Below are positions 1 through 12,123 of a stretch of 64,000 bases of DNA, piece after piece. The translations under genes and the position numbers were made by a program. Under the pieces are notes generated by a model, which was not told the origin of the DNA, did not search any database, and saw only the letters and a list, made by a program, of their open reading frames with translations. Each line of letters starts with the position of its first letter. The stretch's first letter is position 1. Source of the DNA: an uncultured bacterium (GTDB lineage: Bacteria > Pseudomonadota > Gammaproteobacteria > Steroidobacterales > Woeseiaceae); contig CAXBKH010000005.1 of the NCBI GenBank assembly GCA_963976365.1, forward strand, positions 1,730 through 65,729. Direction: 5' to 3'.

Positions 1-2365
<2,365 letters not shown>

Positions 2366-3616
2366 CTAGTGATCGTGGCTCGCGCCGGATTTCTCGACGT
2401 CCGCCTTGACCAGGTAGCTATTCTCAGTGACATAGGTCGTTCCGGGTTCAAGTCCGCCAAGCACTTCGACGAACTCACCATCCCGCTTGCCAAGATCCAA
2501 CATGCGCACCTCGTAGGTATCGTCGACCTTCGCGTAAACAACCGTAAAGTCCCTGAACGACTGCAGCCCGCTTTCCCGAACCGCCAGCGCAACTGGTGCT
2601 TCTGAGACTGTGACGACGCCTTCAACAAACAGACCGGGACGCCAGCCATCCTCGGCGTCCTCGATGATCACTCGAGCCGTTGCTGCTCGACTAATCGGAT
2701 CGATTGTCGGCAGAATCCGGTCAATAGAGCCTGTGAATGCCATCGTGCCATCGAGACTGGATACGACGACAGATTGACCTGCTGCCACTTGGTCCAGATC
2801 TTGCGAGAACAGTCTCAGATCGGCCACCAGCCGCGACAGGTCTACGACTACGTAAAGTGGCGCGTCGGTCGAGGCGCTACCGATCACGGTATCCCGAGCG
2901 ACGACGGTTCCGCTGATCGGAGCGTTCACGGCATAAACCTGAAGGCTTTCGTTGGATTTAATTTGCGCGAGCTCATCGCCACGCGTGACCGTGTCGCCAA
3001 CGCTCTTGCTTAATGATTGTACGAGCCCAGGGTACTGGCCGCGGACTTCGACAATTGCGTCCGGGTGCGGCTCGATCGTTCCCTGAAAAGTGATCGTCTC
3101 ACTGATTGACTCGGGTCCGGCAGCCGCTACGGCAATACCCATCGCCTCCGCCACGGGTTCCTCAATCTGAGTGCGGCCCTCGTGAGACTCATAATTCCAC
3201 TGATGTGATTCCCCGCCTACATGCGCCTGGACTGTCACATCGAAGGAATGCGGTTCGAGGACGACGCCATCACCTCGAAGGTAGTCGTCCTGTTTGGCGA
3301 ATTCAAAGCGGTCCGTTCTGGGACCTAGTCGTCCGAGTTCAATTGTAAGGTCGACCTGATTCGGTTCCAGCGGTTGCCCGTCCCGATACGAGTAGACACG
3401 AAACTCGGGCGGTACGCCGGTCTCGAAAATCGTGATCTCGAGCGCCAAATCGCCGTCGCGCAGCATGCGGCCGTTGTGTGGCCCTCGCTCGTAGTCGTCT
3501 CCAGCAACCGCATGGCTGGAATCTGTAGATGACGGTGATTCACAGCCGGCCAAGAAATGGAGCGCGGCGGTGAGAGCGATAATGAGATTAGTCTGAACAG
3601 ATTCGTGAGTTTTCAT
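2366..3616 (-). CDS. czcB: CzcB-type periplasmic adaptor (membrane fusion protein) of heavy-metal RND pump
   Basis: 416-aa ORF with a lipoprotein-like signal (LTAALHFLAGC) and an HlyD/MFP-like barrel region. The C-terminal tail is His-rich (SGASHDH). It overlaps the czcC stop by 4 nt and lies directly upstream of czcA. Confidence 0.85.
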   Translation of the reverse strand: MKTHESVQTNLIIALTAALHFLAGCESPSSTDSSHAVAGDDYERGPHNGRMLRDGDLALEITIFETGVPPEFRVYSYRDGQPLEPNQVDLTIELGRLGPRTDRFEFAKQDDYLRGDGVVLEPHSFDVTVQAHVGGESHQWNYESHEGRTQIEEPVAEAMGIAVAAAGPESISETITFQGTIEPHPDAIVEVRGQYPGLVQSLSKSVGDTVTRGDELAQIKSNESLQVYAVNAPISGTVVARDTVIGSASTDAPLYVVVDLSRLVADLRLFSQDLDQVAAGQSVVVSSLDGTMAFTGSIDRILPTIDPISRAATARVIIEDAEDGWRPGLFVEGVVTVSEAPVALAVRESGLQSFRDFTVVYAKVDDTYEVRMLDLGKRDGEFVEVLGGLEPGTTYVTENSYLVKADVEKSGASHDH

Positions 3617-4920
3617 GGCGTGCCTTCGGCGTCCGTAGTGAGCCAGGTCGAGTCGCCGCCAGTCAGGCGCTCGATATCAATCAATAGTCGGTGGTGGTCA
3701 GCGCAAGCATCGAGTCGCGCTCCAGCCGCAGCCAGTAGCTCAGACTCCGCGCTCAGCAACGCTGTATGAGAGAACCGCCCAACGCTGTAGCCTTCCTCGA
3801 TTTCATTCCGAATCGCACGTGCTTTTGGCAGTATTTCGGTATCGAAGACTTTGAGTTCGTGCACGGTATGCAGGACTTCCTGATAGATGTCGTAAAGTGT
3901 CGCTTGCACTTGCAGTTCAAATGCGTCCTCCTGCAAGGCCGATTGCGAAGCGAGCGCATCCGCCCGTCGCCGGCTTGGTGCCGCTCTTGATTTCGAACCA
4001 AGCGGCACAGTCACACTGAATACCAGAGACTGTTCATCCATAAGTGCGTTGTGGCGCACACCCGCGGACAGTGACCAGTCGGGTCGCTGACGGGCGTTCG
4101 CAAGCTGCGCCTCGGCAGCCTGGAGTCGCTGCTCGGTAGCGAACCGCAGCAGGTCCGGGTTCTGTGTAATCCGGGCCGCAAGCACTTCGTATGGCGGAAG
4201 GTCAGAAAGGCTACACAGTGATCCGCCGGCACGGCCAAAATCTGGCGTTGCACTACCCCATGTTGCGGCCAGTAGCATTCGAGATGCCTTCAACTCATGT
4301 GCGGCATTTTCAACCGCCAGGTTTGCGTTCGCGACACGAATCTCGGTACGCAGCCGATCAACAGCAGGTGCGGCCCCTGCACGCTCTCGTGTCAGGGCCA
4401 GTGCTCGCGCCGCCTCCCAGACTTTCACCGACTGCTCGGAGAGCCGGAGAGTCTCCTGTTCGTAAACGACACTTACGAAGCGCTTGGCGAGCAAGGTCAA
4501 GGTATCCAGTCGCTCGGCCTCGAACAGATTGTCGACCTGACCACCGATAGCGGATGCAACTGCAATTCGACCCGATCGAGCGTCTTCCGATTGGAAGATT
4601 CGCGACAGTCTCAAAGTTGATTGGCTGCCATCGAAGCCAGACAGCGGACCCGTGCCAAAAAAATCCTCAACATCCAGGGATGCGGACCATTGCGGCTTCA
4701 TCGCCGCGGCACTGAGCTCTGCCGCAGCAGCGTTTCTACCGAATTGCGCAGACTGCAGATGCGGATTTCTTTCGAGCACGAGCGCTGCCGCTTGAGGCAA
4801 CGTCAGATGCGGAACATCCCTTGAGTCGTCCTGTGCGTACGATTGTGATGTGGCCACAATCAGCCACAAGATGAAATAACGAGACAAAATACTCTCCAAT
4901 ACGAAAAACCAACGCGACAT
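3613..4920 (-). CDS. czcC: CzcC-type outer membrane efflux factor (OEP/TolC family)
   Basis: 435-aa ORF with an N-terminal signal. It has the two-repeat OEP architecture with the Leu/Ala/Arg-rich coiled-coil composition typical of outer membrane factors. It is the first gene of a C-B-A ordered operon. Confidence 0.8.
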   Translation of the reverse strand: MSRWFFVLESILSRYFILWLIVATSQSYAQDDSRDVPHLTLPQAAALVLERNPHLQSAQFGRNAAAAELSAAAMKPQWSASLDVEDFFGTGPLSGFDGSQSTLRLSRIFQSEDARSGRIAVASAIGGQVDNLFEAERLDTLTLLAKRFVSVVYEQETLRLSEQSVKVWEAARALALTRERAGAAPAVDRLRTEIRVANANLAVENAAHELKASRMLLAATWGSATPDFGRAGGSLCSLSDLPPYEVLAARITQNPDLLRFATEQRLQAAEAQLANARQRPDWSLSAGVRHNALMDEQSLVFSVTVPLGSKSRAAPSRRRADALASQSALQEDAFELQVQATLYDIYQEVLHTVHELKVFDTEILPKARAIRNEIEEGYSVGRFSHTALLSAESELLAAAGARLDACADHHRLLIDIERLTGGDSTWLTTDAEGTP

Positions 4921-4956
4921 AGCCGCGACCAGACTGCCTTCCGGCAGTCGAGGGTT

Positions 4957-5343
4957 CTATGCGATTGGAGGTCGGTAGAGAGGAGCTACGACGTTGTCGG
5001 GAAGCTGACTGTAGGGTGGCGGGATATAACTGTGAGCATGGCGTGGAACGGTTGAATCCACGCTGATGCTCGCAACGACACCGATGCTCGTCGCACTGAC
5101 GTCGTGCGCATGAAAGGAGGCGGTACCTATATCGCCATCCTCGGTAACAGCCTCTCCTGCATCATGATTATCGAATAAATCATGGGCGTCATGCGAGTGG
5201 CCGTACGCTGCGTTCTCGTGCGCATGCACCTCGACAACCGATGTTCCGGTTAAAACCACGGACACAATGAGCAAAGCGAAAACGCCGTTGCTCATCAAGT
5301 CTGAAATTGTCGAATTCGAGGGCATAGTGCTGGACACTGCCAT
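4957..5343 (-). CDS. Small secreted/membrane-anchored His-rich protein, putative metal-binding accessory protein of the czc operon
   Basis: 128-aa ORF 37 nt upstream of czcC on the same strand. It has a hydrophobic N-terminal segment (GVFALLIVSVVLTGTSVV) followed by HAHENAAYGHSHDAHDLFDNHD ... FHAHD ... RHAH motifs and a Pro-rich C-terminus (YIPPPYSQLPDNVVAPLYRPP). No family was recognised. Confidence 0.55.
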   Translation of the reverse strand: MAVSSTMPSNSTISDLMSNGVFALLIVSVVLTGTSVVEVHAHENAAYGHSHDAHDLFDNHDAGEAVTEDGDIGTASFHAHDVSATSIGVVASISVDSTVPRHAHSYIPPPYSQLPDNVVAPLYRPPIA

Positions 5344-5500
5344 ATCACGCCAACCATCTCAACAAGAGTCGGACAGTTCGCCCTGCGATTTTTGATGCTG
5401 CGTCCATTGGATTAGACTGCTAAGCTGAATTTTCACGCTGAAAGCGCAGCAAGGAGCGAGGCGATGGATCACCCCAGGGTTCTCTTCTTGGCGACTGGCG

Positions 5501-6928
5501 TTGCGGCGGGTCGGCGTTTTCAGTATGTCACCGCATCGGCGTAGCGACGAGACGGTGCCAACTCCAGCGTCCGCCTTGCCCGGATCTACCGTTGAACCAC
5601 CAATCATCGTAACGCCCGCAGAAGCGCTGCGTTTCTGGGCTCGCCTCGGCTTCATTAGCTTTGGCGGCCCGGCCGGTCAGATCTCGATCATGCACCAGGA
5701 ACTGGTGGAACGTCGGCGCTGGATATCAGAGGATTCGTTCCTGCATGCACTGAATTTTTGCATGCTGCTCCCAGGGCCGGAGGCGCAACAACTCGCTGCT
5801 TATATCGGCTGGAAGTTGCACGGCATCAAAGGCGGTGTCGTGGCGGGCGTACTGTTCGTTGCACCTGGGGCTCTGATCGTCCTTGGCCTCAGCATTCTTT
5901 ATGCCGGGTATCAGGAAATCGCGTTTGTGAAGGCACTGTTCTTCGGCATCAAGGCGGCGGTGCTCGCGATCGTTATCGAGGCAGTTGTGCGTATTGGACG
6001 TCGGGCGTTGAAGAATGCGGTCATGTACGGTGTTGCTGCCATCGCGTTCATTGCCATATTCCTGTTCCGCATACCTTTCCCTCTGGTCATACTTGGCGCT
6101 GCATTAATCGGGCTGGTCGGCGGCCGGCTAACACCGGCGCGCTTTGTTGTGATCGGCCGTCACGGGATGCCCCAATCAGCGACAGAATCGGCACCGGCAA
6201 TGGCGCCGCGTACGCCGGTCCGCAATTTCCGGCTCGTGCTTATCTGCCTGCTGCTGTGGTTCCTGCCAACGATCCTGCTCGCTTACTTTCTCGGCTCGCA
6301 GCATGTGTACACCCAGGAAGGGATGTTCTTCAGCAAAATGGCCGTCGTAACTTTTGGCGGCGCGTACGCAGTGCTGGCCTATGTCTCGCAACAAGCTGTG
6401 GACTACTACGGCTGGTTAGCACCTGGAGAAATGCTGGACGGACTCGGTCTCGCCGAAACGACGCCCGGCCCGTTGATTCTTGTCGTTCAGTTCGTCGGAT
6501 TTCTTGCTGCATACCGAAATCCGGGCCTTCTGGACCCGTTATTGGCCGGTACGCTCGGAGCATTACTCACAACCTGGGTTACGTTCGTGCCCTGTTTCCT
6601 TTGGATATTTCTCGGCGCGCCATTCATCGAGCGATTGCATTCTCGCAGGACGCTTAGCGCCGGGCTCTCGGCAGTCACAGCTGCCGTGGTCGGCGTGGTT
6701 CTCAATCTCGCCGTATGGTTCGGCCTGCACGTGCTGTTCACCGAGATCGGCGAGCGGCAGCGATTCGGAGTTAGTATCTACGTGCCTGACTGGAACTCGC
6801 TTGATGTGGCCGCGTTGCTGCTGGCGGCAGGCGCGCTCGTGGCGATGCTGCGTTTCAAGGCCCCGATGATGGCCACGCTCTTTTCGTGTGCAATTTTGGG
6901 CATGGGTGTGGAGCTTTGGCGGCACTAA
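5501..6928 (+). CDS. chrA: Chromate ion transporter (CHR family)
   Basis: 475-aa polytopic ORF with two CHR-type halves. Motifs are FGGPAGQISIMHQELVERRRWIS...LLPGPEAQQLA and VVTFGGAYAVLAYVSQQAV...ETTPGPLI. The track start is TTG at 5501. The in-frame ATG at 5525 is the more likely start. Confidence 0.9.
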   Translation: MRRVGVFSMSPHRRSDETVPTPASALPGSTVEPPIIVTPAEALRFWARLGFISFGGPAGQISIMHQELVERRRWISEDSFLHALNFCMLLPGPEAQQLAAYIGWKLHGIKGGVVAGVLFVAPGALIVLGLSILYAGYQEIAFVKALFFGIKAAVLAIVIEAVVRIGRRALKNAVMYGVAAIAFIAIFLFRIPFPLVILGAALIGLVGGRLTPARFVVIGRHGMPQSATESAPAMAPRTPVRNFRLVLICLLLWFLPTILLAYFLGSQHVYTQEGMFFSKMAVVTFGGAYAVLAYVSQQAVDYYGWLAPGEMLDGLGLAETTPGPLILVVQFVGFLAAYRNPGLLDPLLAGTLGALLTTWVTFVPCFLWIFLGAPFIERLHSRRTLSAGLSAVTAAVVGVVLNLAVWFGLHVLFTEIGERQRFGVSIYVPDWNSLDVAALLLAAGALVAMLRFKAPMMATLFSCAILGMGVELWRH

Positions 6929-7076
6929 TCAAATGGTCAGTTGATCTCGGCGCCAGTATCCACTGCTAGTAATTTGTCTGCGGTAGCCACTCCAGTTCGA
7001 CCATGCGTCCATGTGTCGGGGAATCCTCATAACTGAATCACTGCGACTCGCAACAGATTCTGCCCTCTCAAAATAG

Positions 7077-7107
7077 AAAAGGCCGGCCCCAGAAGGGTCG
7101 GCCTTTT
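7077..7107. terminator. Bidirectional rho-independent terminator
   Basis: AAAA-GGCCGGCCC-cagaa-GGGTCGGCC-TTTT: a 9-bp GC-rich stem with one G-U pair, flanked by an A-run and a T-run. It lies downstream of chrA and 5 nt before the tRNA-end repeat at 7113. Confidence 0.75.
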
Positions 7108-7112
7108 GTATT

Positions 7113-7126
7113 TTGGTAGCGGGGGC
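7113..7126. repeat. Putative island junction (attL): orphan copy of the tRNA-fMet 3' acceptor end
   Basis: TTGGTAGCGGGGGC is identical to 24626-24639 and in direct orientation. It is the reverse complement of the tRNA 3' end ...GCCCCCGCUACCA. Confidence 0.6.
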
Positions 7127-7325
7127 TAGCTGCCAACGCTATCTAGCATTGGTTACGGCACTAGATGTTGCGACTTGAGACTCAACTCAACCGTCCCTGG
7201 TATCAGGGTAAAACCCCTAAGCCGCAGCGCAACACGGGACTGGCGAAACACAATCGCTTTAACTGGCACGACAGCAAGGGATTGTGTCTAAGCTCTATAC
7301 ATCAGAATTTCGTGGGACGGTTCGA

Positions 7326-7577
7326 TTACAACTTACCGTACTGATACCGATTTTTGATGTTGATGTTGAGATAAGTCCCCTTCGAATCCGCCTGCCTAAA
7401 CTCATCGAAAACCCATTCATCAACACCATAATAGACGTAAGTTTCGCCGGAGTTCAAAAACCGTACATGAAGATCCTGGCTATCAGGATCATAGCCAACA
7501 GTCGCAGCCGCCAGAATGCGCTCGCGCTGCGCCTGGGCAGACGTCGTCTCGCGGACAGTCCGACGCGGCATAACCAC
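7326..7577 (-). CDS. KTSC domain-containing small protein
   Basis: 83-aa ORF. The segment LHVRFLNSGETYVYYGVDEWVFDEFRQADSKGTYLNINIKNRYQY fits the KTSC-domain pattern (Y-x-Y...V...F..F..A.S.G.Y.N..I...Y). Confidence 0.6.
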   Translation of the reverse strand: MVMPRRTVRETTSAQAQRERILAAATVGYDPDSQDLHVRFLNSGETYVYYGVDEWVFDEFRQADSKGTYLNINIKNRYQYGKL

Positions 7578-7683
7578 TCAACCTAAAGTGCTTCGCAGTC
7601 GGCCGCCACAGATCCGCATGACAACTGAGATCAGCACAGAAGTCGTTCACCAGAGCCATGGGGCGCCAGCGTGCCGACCTTAC

Positions 7684-9048
7684 CTACTGCAAAAACGAAT
7701 TGACCTCCCGCAGAGCCGGCTCATCCAACGTGCCCGCCACTGCCTGGAGCCGCAGTCCCTCCAGCAGATAATCGTAACGACTACGGGCCAAAGCCACTTC
7801 AGCAGCGAGAAGATTCCTGCGTGCATCGAGCACCTCTACGGTTGTTCGCGTGCCGACACGAAAGCCATCCTCGGTTGCATCAAGAGCTGCCTTCGCGGAC
7901 TGCACTGCCTTTTCCACGGCTTGCGCCCGTGCGATCTGTGATATGACGCCGAGGTAGGCATCGCGGACTTCCTGTTCGACCAGTCGTCGTTCAAACTCCA
8001 GCGCCGCTTCGGCGCCGCTGCGCAGCTCGACCGATTCGCGGACACGCGCCCGGATCAGCCCTCCGGAGAAAACCGGCAGACGGAACTCCAGGCCGATCAT
8101 GTCCTCGTCGATGTCCAAAGTCTCGAACACGTTCGTGCTTCGACGGTCAACCACGCTCCGGCTCACGACCAGGTCCAACACCGGCCAGCGCTGTGCCCGA
8201 GCGATATCCACGTCCGTACGTGCAGCCTGAAGCTCACGGTGACGAACTTCGACACGCGGGTTCGTGCTCAGTGCACGTTGAATCCACGCGTCGACCTGTG
8301 GCGGATCAGGCGGCGACAGCGGAATCGACTCTGAAGTGCCCGCCAGTTGCGCCGGCGCCGCCGCGGTCAACAGTCGCAGCCTCTCCGACGCGAGCGCTCT
8401 CTCTCTTTCGGCGGCGATGACATCAGCGACCGAACGATCGTATGCCGCCTGGGCTTCCTTGACGTCGGTGCCCGCAACGAGACCGACCGAGCGCATGTTC
8501 TCGGCCTGCTGCTGCTGTCGCGACACCGCTTCTCGGGCCGCAACAGCCGCGGCCAGTTGGTCATCCGCCGCCAACAGGTCAAAATACCGGATGGCCACTT
8601 CCAGCATAAGATCCTGCACGGCCGCGGCGTACCGAGACGCCTCGGCTGCAATCACCTCTTTCGTCCTGCCGAGCTGCAACCAGGTCGAGCGATCGACAAT
8701 CGACTGGCGCAACTCCAGCGAGTAGACCTCGCCGTCCGAGTCGGTCGTGATGTCTCTCACGCCGATGGCACCGTCCGGTAACAGGCCGATCCTCGATCCC
8801 TCTTGATTTGTATCATCGATGCGGCCGATGATATCCACCTGCGGCAGGAGCCCGGCCCTGACCTGTGGATGGCTCTGCTCCACGGCGCGCAACACCGCAG
8901 CCGCCTGCTCTAATCTCGGGTCACTTTCGAGCGCCATTTGATAGGTCTCCCACAAGTCTGCTGCGTTTGCTGTGAACCCCCACCACAGAATGGCGCACAA
9001 TCCAATCTTTTGCGTCCGTCGCCGGACGAGCTGATTCCGATCAAGCAT
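7684..9048 (-). CDS. tolC: TolC-family outer membrane channel
   Basis: 454-aa ORF with a signal peptide (LCAILWWGFTANAADL) and a TolC-like N-terminus (WETYQMALESDPRLEQAAAVLRA). It has the two-repeat OEP architecture. Its start overlaps the end of the upstream RND gene by 8 nt. Confidence 0.85.
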   Translation of the reverse strand: MLDRNQLVRRRTQKIGLCAILWWGFTANAADLWETYQMALESDPRLEQAAAVLRAVEQSHPQVRAGLLPQVDIIGRIDDTNQEGSRIGLLPDGAIGVRDITTDSDGEVYSLELRQSIVDRSTWLQLGRTKEVIAAEASRYAAAVQDLMLEVAIRYFDLLAADDQLAAAVAAREAVSRQQQQAENMRSVGLVAGTDVKEAQAAYDRSVADVIAAERERALASERLRLLTAAAPAQLAGTSESIPLSPPDPPQVDAWIQRALSTNPRVEVRHRELQAARTDVDIARAQRWPVLDLVVSRSVVDRRSTNVFETLDIDEDMIGLEFRLPVFSGGLIRARVRESVELRSGAEAALEFERRLVEQEVRDAYLGVISQIARAQAVEKAVQSAKAALDATEDGFRVGTRTTVEVLDARRNLLAAEVALARSRYDYLLEGLRLQAVAGTLDEPALREVNSFLQ

Positions 9049-12000
9049 GATCGGCTTCCGCGCCCTGTTGAGAGGGCGATACGGTTGATGTCCGCTGACC
9101 GCGGCTTTGAGCCAACCTGTTCTCTACCAGAGAATAGACCGCCGGAACGACCAACAACGTCAAGAGCGTGGAGCTGATCATGCCGCCAATTACGGCCACT
9201 GCCAATGGCCCGTTGGTGTCTGCGCCGGCGCCCAGACCCATAGCCGCCGGCGTCAGTGCAAGAATGACGGTGGCCGAGGTCATCAGCACCGGCCGCAGGC
9301 GGATCGGGCAGGCGCGACGTAGCGCCTCATCAACCGCAAGCCCCTGATCGCGTAACTGATTCGCCAGATCGACCAGCAATATCGAATTCTTGGCCACGAG
9401 TCCGATCAGCAACACCATGCCGATCATGGAGTATATATTCAGCGTGTGTCCGGTGAGCCACAGCAGGAACAGTCCGCCGACTACCGCCAAGGGCTGGGCT
9501 GTCATGACAACGAGCGGCTGCACGAACGAGTTGAACTGGCTGGCGAGAACCATATAAACAAGCACCGTCGCCAGTAGAAAAGCGAAGCTGACGTAGCCGG
9601 CCGTCTCCTCAAGTTCCCGGGCTTGCCCTTTGAGGCTGACGCCGTACCCTAACGGCAACAATTCCGCAGCTGCCGCATCAATCAGGGCGACCGCTTCGCC
9701 GAGCGGGATGCTCGGCGAGCCGAAAAAGTTTGCCGCATACTGCAAATCATAGCGACTGATCACCGCCGGCCCGACCGCTTCTTCGATATCCGCCAGTGCG
9801 TCAAGCCGGATCAACTCGCCGGCCTCGTTTCTTAAGAAGATCTTTCTCAAGTCTGCCGGCACAGCCAAGCTTTCCGGCATCGCCTTGACGCGCACATCGT
9901 AGCGCTCTCCGTCACCCGGTTCGTCGTTGTACTTGGCGATATCAATGCCGCCTGCCAGCATGTTGACCGCGAAAGCCACATATCAGCCGTCGCCACTCGA
10001 TCGACCTTGACTCGGAGTTGCGGCAGGTCGAGTTCGAGATCCAGATCGAGGCGACCGATTCCATCCACGGCGCTGAGCCGCTCATGGAGCATCCGACTCA
10101 GCCTTGCCACCTCACCGAGCTCCGGCCCGGTCACTGCGAACTGTAACGGATCGCCCCGCTGCCCGCCGATCGGCGATGGACTGGCCGCAAAGGCTCTGAC
10201 GCCGGGGATAGCCGCCAGCTCAGTGCGAAGTTCGTCAAGAAACTGTTGCTGTCTGACATCGCGCTCATCACGAGGGACCATCCGTGCAAAAGCGATTCCC
10301 TGATTCACCTGGCCTGCCGAACCAAGACCGATGGCCGTAAAGAAGGTCCTGATCTCCGGATGACCGGATAGCACTTTCTCTATTTCTCTCAAATACCTGT
10401 CGGTCGCCGTTATCGACGTGCCGAGTGGTGCCCGGAAGTTCACAATGAAACGGCCTTCGTCTTCCTCGGGTAGAAATGTCTTGCCAATCGCTCCGAAGAA
10501 ATACCCGCTCGACAGCACGACGGCAACCGTGGCGCCGACCACCAGCCATCTGCGCTGCAGCGACACGTCCAGTGCCTTGCGGTAGCTGCGATCCATGCCA
10601 TCGAGCAATCGGGTCAGCATCGTATAAACGCGCCCATGCCGCGGCGCGATACTCAGGTATCTGGAACACAGCATTGGCGTCAAAGTCAACGACACAAGCA
10701 ACGACGCGAGCACGCCGACCGTGACCACGACCGCAAACGACTGAAAGAACCGACCAATGATGCCACCAAGAAAAATCACAGCACCGAAGATGGAAACAAG
10801 TGTCAGGCTGGCAGCCAGGACTGCGAATACGACTTGATTGGTGCCATTAACAGCTGCTGTGACCGGATCTGGATCGATCTCTTCTCGATGTCGATAGATG
10901 TTTTCGAGAACAACGATGGCATCATCGACGACAACGCCGATCAACAGCAACAACCCGAGCAACGTCAGCGTGTTGAAGGTAAAGTCAAGAAAATACATCA
11001 TCGCAACAGCGCCGAGCAGCGAAACCGGGATGGCAGTCGCAATGATCAGAGTCGCTCGGAAACTCCGAAGGAAAAACCAGACAACCAGCCCCGCCAGAAT
11101 CGTGCCTTCAACCAAGTGCTCTTTGAGGGCATTAACGATTTCGTAAATGAGCTCGGCGTCATTCGATGCAATTTCGATCGTCAGTCCGGGGGGTAGTTGG
11201 GACTGGATTTCTTCTTCCAAACGTCGCGTAACCTCTTCGATCACCTTAATGGTATTGGCGTTGCTGACCTTTACAATGCCGATGCCAACCGTCGGCTCTC
11301 CATTGAAACGCGCCAACTGCCGAAAATCGGCGACACCATCCACTACCCGACCGATATCGCCCAATCGAACAGGCGCACCGTCAACATAGCGGACAATCAT
11401 CTCCTCCAGCGCGCTCGGCTCGTGAAACTCGAGATCCAACTTGATCAGATTCTCGACGCTGTCCGCCGCCAGAAATCCACCCGGCAGCTGCACGTGTTCC
11501 TCTGCAAAAGCCATACGTACATCGTCCGCACTTATGCCGAACCCGGCCATCTTGTCCAGGTCAATTTCTGCACGTATGGTACGATCGCGCTGCCCGCCAA
11601 GTCGCACTTCGCCGACACCGTCAACCGTCTCCAGCCGCTTTTTTACTACAGTACGCGCGTACTGGTTTAGCTGCTGCAGCGTGCGATCGCCACGCAATGC
11701 CAGCCACATTACGGGTGACGCGCCAACTTCGACCTTGGCCACAATAGGAGGATCGGCATCGTCCGGCAGATCGCGCAGGACTTGATTGACTTTCGCTTGT
11801 ATCTCGTTGAAAGCAACGTCGATGTCCTTGCTCAGTTCGAACTGGATGGCAACGACGGACACGCCGGGCGAAGACGTCGACTGGACGAAATCGATTCCCG
11901 GGATACTGTTGATCGACGATTCGATGATGTTCGTGATACTGGAATCCACGATGTCCGGGTTTGCGCCCGGTAACGCAGTGGTCACCGAAACGACCGGAAA

Positions 12001-12123
12001 TTCGATCTGCGGAAAACGGTCTACCCCGATGCGCTGATAGCCCACGATGCCGAATAGAATCAGCAGCGCATTGAGCATGTACGCAAATACGTACTGCTTG
12101 ATGGACAACTGCGGGAGATTCAT
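9041..12123 (-). pseudogene. HAE1-type RND multidrug efflux permease, interrupted by a frameshift near 9975-9990
   Basis: Two overlapping ORFs together make one ~1025-aa RND protein. They are 9847-12123 (N-terminal 714 genuine residues, then 44 out-of-frame residues) and 9041-9979 (C-terminal 312 aa, AFAVNMLAGGIDIAKY...). The C-terminal frame has a TGA two codons upstream of 9979, so the frames can only be joined within GATATGTGG. Confidence 0.8.

Noticed and set aside
5359-5655. 98-aa minus-strand ORF in the czc/chrA divergent region
   Set aside because: It overlaps the chrA 5' end in antisense, shows no motifs, and lies in what is more plausibly a promoter region.
9041-12123. Treating 9847-12123 and 9041-9979 as two separate functional genes
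   Set aside because: Together they reconstitute one RND permease of normal length (about 714 + 311 aa). The 44-aa tail of the first ORF is out-of-frame nonsense overlapping the second, and neither half is a known stand-alone protein.
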